From Eledone cirrhosa (lineage: Eukaryota): a stretch of 64,000 bases of DNA. The notes under the pieces were generated by a model, which saw only the letters and a program-made list of their open reading frames with translations, did no database searches and was not told the origin of the DNA. Location of the stretch: NCBI GenBank assembly GCA_964016885.1, contig OZ024760.1, forward strand, positions 16,616,001 to 16,680,000, in the 5' to 3' direction. Below, in pieces: positions 57,110 to 64,000 of this stretch; position 1 is the stretch's first letter; each line of letters starts with the position of its first letter. A program made the translations under genes and the position numbers.

Positions 57110-57170
57110 TCTTCTATTATATATATTTCAAGGGTACCAGTATTTTGGTGCGCTATCATCAGATAAAACA
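57110..57170 (-). ncRNA. Type I hammerhead ribozyme, family A (element ~57071-57205)
   Basis: Minus: TGTTTTAT-CTGATGA-TAGCGCACCA..TGGTACCCTT-GAAA-TATATA-TA^-ATAGAAGA. Confidence 0.75.
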
Positions 57171-57477
57171 CAATATTTGGTTTACAGATAGTGACATATC
57201 TATAATTGTTGAATAATCAACAAATTAAATAACTCATTGTTTATATATACATGTATGTATATATGTATGTGTATATGTATGTATGTATGTGTGTATGTTT
57301 ACCCTTTCTGTTTATTTATGTTCTGCAACTTAGTAGTTTGACTCATAGAAATCGATAAAATAAATATCACACATTTGAAAAGAAAATATATAAATCACTT
57401 TAATATGGTGACCCCAACGTTGACTGTGGCATCTCAAAGATTATATAATTACATACATTATATATACATATATATAC

Positions 57478-57559
<82 letters not shown>

Positions 57560-57746
57560 GAGTGTGCGTGTCTGTGTGTGTCTATGTATGTGTCTCTGTG
57601 TTTGTGAGTGTGTGTGTGTGTTTGTGTGTGTTTGTGTATGTGAGTGCGTGTGTGTGTGTGTAGGTGTGTTTATCCCGGGTTCAGTCAGGGGAAACCACAG
57701 TAAGTAAGGTACTCAATACATTAGTAGAGTATATACAATGACAGTT

Positions 57747-57799
57747 GGCTTTCCTGATGATTTTTCTTCGAACGAAACAGTTCTAGTACTGTAGAAACC
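57747..57799 (+). ncRNA. Type I hammerhead ribozyme motif with stable stem III
   Basis: GGCTTTC-CTGATGA-TTTTTC(TTC)GAAC-GAAACAGT(TCTAGT)ACTGTA^-GAAACC. Confidence 0.68.
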
Positions 57800-57910
57800 A
57801 TTTCTATATTAAACATTCTATATGCATATATATTTATATATATGTGTGTGTGTGTGTATATATATGTGTATATATATATTTATATATACATATAAATATA
57901 TGTACATACA

Positions 57911-58020
<110 letters not shown>

Positions 58021-58198
58021 AATATATTTTACGTTCATCCTTCCATGGGTTTCGCGGGATGTTTTAAAGACTATTAAGGCACCCAGATGCCCTCCCTGGC
58101 ACCAGCCCCTTAAGTCACCTTATTTGCGATAGGATTTCATTGTATATAATTGAAATACCAGGATACACATATAAATGTGTTATACACACACACACACA

Positions 58199-58230
<32 letters not shown>

Positions 58231-58357
58231 TACATACACCCACAGAGACACACACATGAGTATACAGGGTGTCCCAAAAAATGTATACACACTTCAACAG
58301 CATTCTAATAAATATTGTATGTACAGGTAATCAAAATATTTTTGGGGGACACCCTGA

Positions 58358-58393
<36 letters not shown>

Positions 58394-58437
58394 AAGCAAC
58401 AGGCGTCCACACACGCGCACACACACACACACACACA

Positions 58438-58487
<50 letters not shown>

Positions 58488-59317
58488 AGCAACAGGCCAT
58501 CACACACACAGACAAACACGCGCATACATATTTATATATATATATACATACACACACAAGCAACAGGCGTGTACACACACATATACAAACACAGACACAC
58601 GCGCACACACACACACATATATATATATACACATACACAAGCAACAGGCGTGCACACACGCACACACATATCTACACAGACGCATACACACACACATACA
58701 TAAAAACCAGATAATTGATTAAAAAAAAGAGAAAGAAAGAGAGGGGGTGCTTACCTTTTTTTTATTAGATTTTTTCCCACACGAAAAGAAATCCATGGTG
58801 TAGAAAGAGTGTATATATATATATATATAAATATATATAAATATATATAAGTTCTGTTTTAGTTTCCGTCTAGTTGACGGGTGTATAATATTTAAATAAT
58901 AATAATAATAATATTAGCAACAGTATTTATGGTAATCCCAAAGTTTAGTTGGTTCCACACGAAATAGAGGAAAATGGATTTTTGCCGAGCTGAGTGTATT
59001 GAAGGAGAGAGAAGGAGAGAGAAGGAGAGAGAAGAGAGAGAAGGTGAGAGAGAAAGAGAAGGTGAGAGAGAAGGAGAGAAGGTGAGAGAGAGGATGGAGA
59101 AGGAGAGAGAAGGAGAGAAGGGGTGAGAGAGAAGGAGAGAGAGAAAGAGGTGAGAGAGAGGAGGGAGAAGGAGAGAGAAGGTGAGAGAGGAGGGAGAAGG
59201 AGAGAGAAGGAGAGAGAGAAAGAGGTGAGAGAGAGGAGAGAGAAGTGTTGAAAGAGAAGGAGAGAGAGTGTATGTATGTGTATTGACTAGAGACTGGCAG
59301 TGGAATTAGATAGACTA

Positions 59318-59364
<47 letters not shown>

Positions 59365-59462
59365 CGAGCGCAATTAGATAGACTAAAGACTTATAGAAGT
59401 AGAGAGAGGAAGAGAGAGTAGAGTAGCGTCCTTGTGAGAAAGAGAAGAGTGTGTGTGTGTGT

Positions 59463-59500
<38 letters not shown>

Positions 59501-59515
59501 GTGTGTGTGAGAGAG

Positions 59516-59547
<32 letters not shown>

Positions 59548-60447
59548 AGTGTGTGTGTGTGTATGTATGTGTATGTGTGTGTGTGAGTGAGTATGTGTAT
59601 GTATGTATGGGTGTGTGAGTGTGTGTGTGTGTGTTTGTGTGTATGAGTGTGTGAGTGTGAGTGAGTGTGTGTGTGTATGTATGAGTGTGTGAGTGTGTGT
59701 GTGTATGAGTGTGTGTGAGTGTGTGAGTGTGTGTATGTGAGTATGTGTGTGTGTGTGTGTAATCCTAAAGTTTGGCAGTTCGAGAAAATGGATTTCCCGA
59801 ACTGACACAGTGATACCAGTTGTAGACAGATATAGACAGATATATATATATATATATACTGTATATATATATATACTGTATATATATATTGTATATATAT
59901 ATACAGTATATATATACTGTATATATATATACTGTATATATATATATATATACTGTATATATATATTGTATATATATATATACAGTATATATATACTGTA
60001 TATATATATATATTGTATATATATACTGTATGTATATATATATATATACTGTATATATATATTGTATATATATATACAGTATATATATACTGTATATATA
60101 TATATATATATTGTATATATATATATATACAGGGAGAGGGGAGATTGGGAGAGGGACAGATATAGAGAGAGACTGAGAAAGAGAGAGAGAGACAGAGATA
60201 TACAGAGAGAGCGAGAGAGACAGAGAGATATACAGAGAGAGCGAGAGAGACAGAGAGATATACAGAGAGAGCGAGAGAGATAGAGAGATATACAGAGAGA
60301 GCGAGAGAGACAGAGAGATATACAGAGAGAGCGAGAGAGACAGAGAGATATACAGAGAGAGCGAGAGAGACTGAGAGACAGAGAGAGAGACAGAGAGAAA
60401 GACAGATATATATATATATAAAGAGAGAGAGAGAGAGACAGACAGAG

Positions 60448-60480
<33 letters not shown>

Positions 60481-60697
60481 CAGACAGAGAGATATATATA
60501 TATAGAGAGAGAGAGACAGACAGAGAGAGAGAGAGAGGCAGATGTTCAGACAGATATACAGATAGATATACCGAGAGAGGGAAAGAGAGGGAGAGATAGA
60601 CAGACAGAGATATATAGAGAGAGACAGATAGTCAGAGAGAGTAGATCAACTAGTGACAGAGAAAGAGTGTAGATCAACAAGAGAGAGGGAAAGAGAT

Positions 60698-60768
<71 letters not shown>

Positions 60769-60776
60769 CATTTAGG

Positions 60777-60817
<41 letters not shown>

Positions 60818-60945
60818 GGACAGACGAACAGACGAACGGACAGACAGAGAGATCAACTAGAGACAAAGTATGGAAATAGATAGAGAAATTATATAACATA
60901 TCGCGTGTGTATAAATGTATATATATATATATGTGTGTGTGTGTA

Positions 60946-60989
<44 letters not shown>

Positions 60990-61178
60990 TATGCGTATAT
61001 CTGTTTGTGTGTGTGTATGTGTATATATATGTCTCTGTGTGTGTATGTATGTATGAGTATATATGTATGTGTGTGTATGTATATGTGTGTCTGTGTGTGT
61101 ATATATATATATATGTATTTATGTATGTGTATGTATGTAATTATATATGTATGTATATATGTATGTATATATATGTAC

Positions 61179-61238
<60 letters not shown>

Positions 61239-62189
61239 CTATATATATTATATTCTATATTACATATGAAACATATTCTATCTTACATATGTCTATATGT
61301 ATGTATGCGTATGTATGTATGTATATATATATATATGTCTATATGTATGTATGTATATATATGTATATATATATGTATGTCTATATATATGTCTATATGT
61401 ATGTATATGTATGTATGTATATATATGTATATATATATGTATGTCTATATATATATGTCTATATGTATGTATGTATATATATGTATATATATATGTATGT
61501 CTATATATATGCCTATATGTATGTATGTATGTCTATATATATGTCCAGATGTATGTGTGTATATATATGTATGTATATATATATATATGTCTATATGTAT
61601 ATGTATGTATGTATATATATGTATATATATATATATGTGTATGTCTATATATATGTCTATATGTATGTATATGTATGTATGTCTATATATATATATATAT
61701 ATATGTATGTCTATATATATATATGTCTATATGTATATATATGTATGTCTATATATATGTCTATATGTATGTGTATGTATGTATGTCTATATATATGTCT
61801 ATATGTATGTATATGTATGTATGTATGTATATATATATGTATATATATGTATATATATATGTGTGTCTATATATATGTCTATATGTATGTATATATATGT
61901 ATATCTATATATACGTATATATATATGTATGTCTATATATATATGTCTATATGTATGTATATATATGTATGTCTATATATACGTATATATATATGTATGT
62001 CTATATATACGTATATATATATGTATGTCTATATATATATGCCTATATGTATGTGTGTGGTAAATCCCAAAGGCCAGGTGCCAAATGCTGGAGTTCTGGT
62101 TGGAGCAGCCGACACTGAGAACTTCTCATGTTTGGCTCCACAATATTACATTGGTGGAACTGGAAACTGAAGAATTGTGTGAAGATACT

Positions 62190-62233
62190 AACTACTACTA
62201 CTACTACTACTACTGATACTGCTACTACTACTG

Positions 62234-62265
<32 letters not shown>

Positions 62266-62449
62266 GATACTGCTACTACTACTACTACTACTACTGATAC
62301 TGATACTACTACTACTACTGATACTGCTACTACTACTACTACTACTACTGCTACTACTACTACTGATACTACTACTACTACTACTGATACTACTACTACT
62401 ACTGATACTACTACTACTACTGCTACTACTACTACTACTACTGATACTG

Positions 62450-62487
<38 letters not shown>

Positions 62488-62815
62488 GATACTACTACTA
62501 CTACTGATACTACTACTACTACTGATACTACTACTACTACTGCTACTACTACTACTACTACTACTGATACTGCTACTACTACTGCTACTACTACTACTAC
62601 TACTACTACTGCTACTACTACTACTACTACTGCTACTACTACTACTACTACTACTACTACTGCTACTACTACTACTACTACTAATACTGCTACTACTACT
62701 ACTACTACTACTGCTACTACTACTACTGATACTACTACTACTACTACTGATACTACTACTACTACTGATACTACTACTACTACTGCTACTACTACTACTA
62801 CTACTACTGATACTG

Positions 62816-62862
<47 letters not shown>

Positions 62863-63145
62863 GATACTACTACTACTACTGATACTACTACTACTACTGA
62901 TACTACTACTACTACTACTACTACTACTGCTACTACTACTACTGCTACTACTACTACTACTACTACTACTGCTACTACTACTACTACTACTGCTACTACT
63001 ACTACTACTACTAATACTGCTACTACTACTACTACTACTACTGCTACTACTACTACTGATACTACTACTACTACTACTGATACTACTACTACTACTGATA
63101 CTACTACTACTACTGCTACTACTACTACTACTACTACTGATACTG

Positions 63146-63195
<50 letters not shown>

Positions 63196-63250
63196 GATAC
63201 TACTACTGCTACTACTACTGATACTACTACTGCTACTACTACTGATACTG

Positions 63251-63291
<41 letters not shown>

Positions 63292-63488
63292 GATACTACT
63301 ACTACTACTACTACTACTACTGCTGATACTACTACTACTGATACTACCACCACCACCACTACTACAACTACTACTACTACTACCACCACTACTACTATTA
63401 CCACCAACACCACCACCACCACTACCACCACAACAACTACAACAAAAACTACTACTACTGCCACAGTAACAACTACTACTTCAACTAC
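62190..63488. repeat. (CTA)n-based tract with higher-order structure
   Basis: Direct reading; abuts a SINE. Confidence 0.95.
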
Positions 63489-63489
63489 T

Positions 63490-63829
63490 CCAGTGCATTA
63501 CTGGTACTTTATTTTATCGACCCCGTAAGGACGAAAGGCAAAGTTGACCTCGGCGGGATTTGAACTCAGAGCGTAAAGGGCCGCAACTCCATGCTGCAAA
63601 GCATGGCGTCTGACGCTCTACCGATACTGCCAGTCCACCGTCCTTTTTGTAATTGTTTCTACTTAAGACACAAGGTCAGCAATTTAAAGGAGGGGTGAGG
63701 CAAGTCGATTAAATCGACACAGTACATTACTGGTACTTTATTTATCGACTCTGTAAGGATGAATATAATAATAATTGTTTCTACTTTGGCCACAAGGCCA
63801 GCAATTACCCCCAATGTATTACTGGTACT
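63490..63829 (-). mobile_element. SINE cluster (63490-63641 plus two 3' fragments)
   Basis: Same family motifs as 1191-1376. Confidence 0.85.
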
Positions 63830-64000
63830 AATAATATTGATGATTATAGCGTAAATATAAAAATGAAAGTATGGAAAATAACTAAAAAAAAATGGATGTA
63901 AAAAAGTAGGAAATATAAGTAGTCCTTCAAAAGTGAAAGTGGTTAAATGGATTGGAGTGGAGGTGGAGTGAAGGCGGAGTGGAGGTGGAGTAGAGGTGGA

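Overview
This is non-coding, microsatellite-saturated animal genomic DNA with a 200-N scaffold gap at 3436-3635. The tRNA-derived SINEs resemble octopod cephalopod SINEs (inference). None of the listed ORFs is credible as a gene; nearly all are translations of simple repeats. The main signal is RNA-structural. An almost perfectly homogeneous 311-bp tandem array (26683-31026, ~14 units, inverted internally at ~28121, (TA)n on both sides) carries one type I hammerhead ribozyme (HHR) motif per unit, the architecture of a non-LTR retrozyme that could yield small circular RNAs. In addition, about 15 intact or variant HHR motifs from several unrelated short families sit in small islands, mostly inside (TA)n tracts. 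Many islands are fold-backs with the same divergent (5'-to-5') geometry, consistent with Penelope-like-element (PLE) pseudo-LTR remnants or retrozymes. Some families share non-canonical cores (CCGANGA, CAGAAGA) or very long stem II insertions. Also present: Meta-like and CORE SINEs, Tc1/mariner-type MITEs, RTE and R4/Dong LINE remnants, minisatellites and a few weak splice-signal candidates. All structures were read by eye, and coordinates may be off by a few bases.
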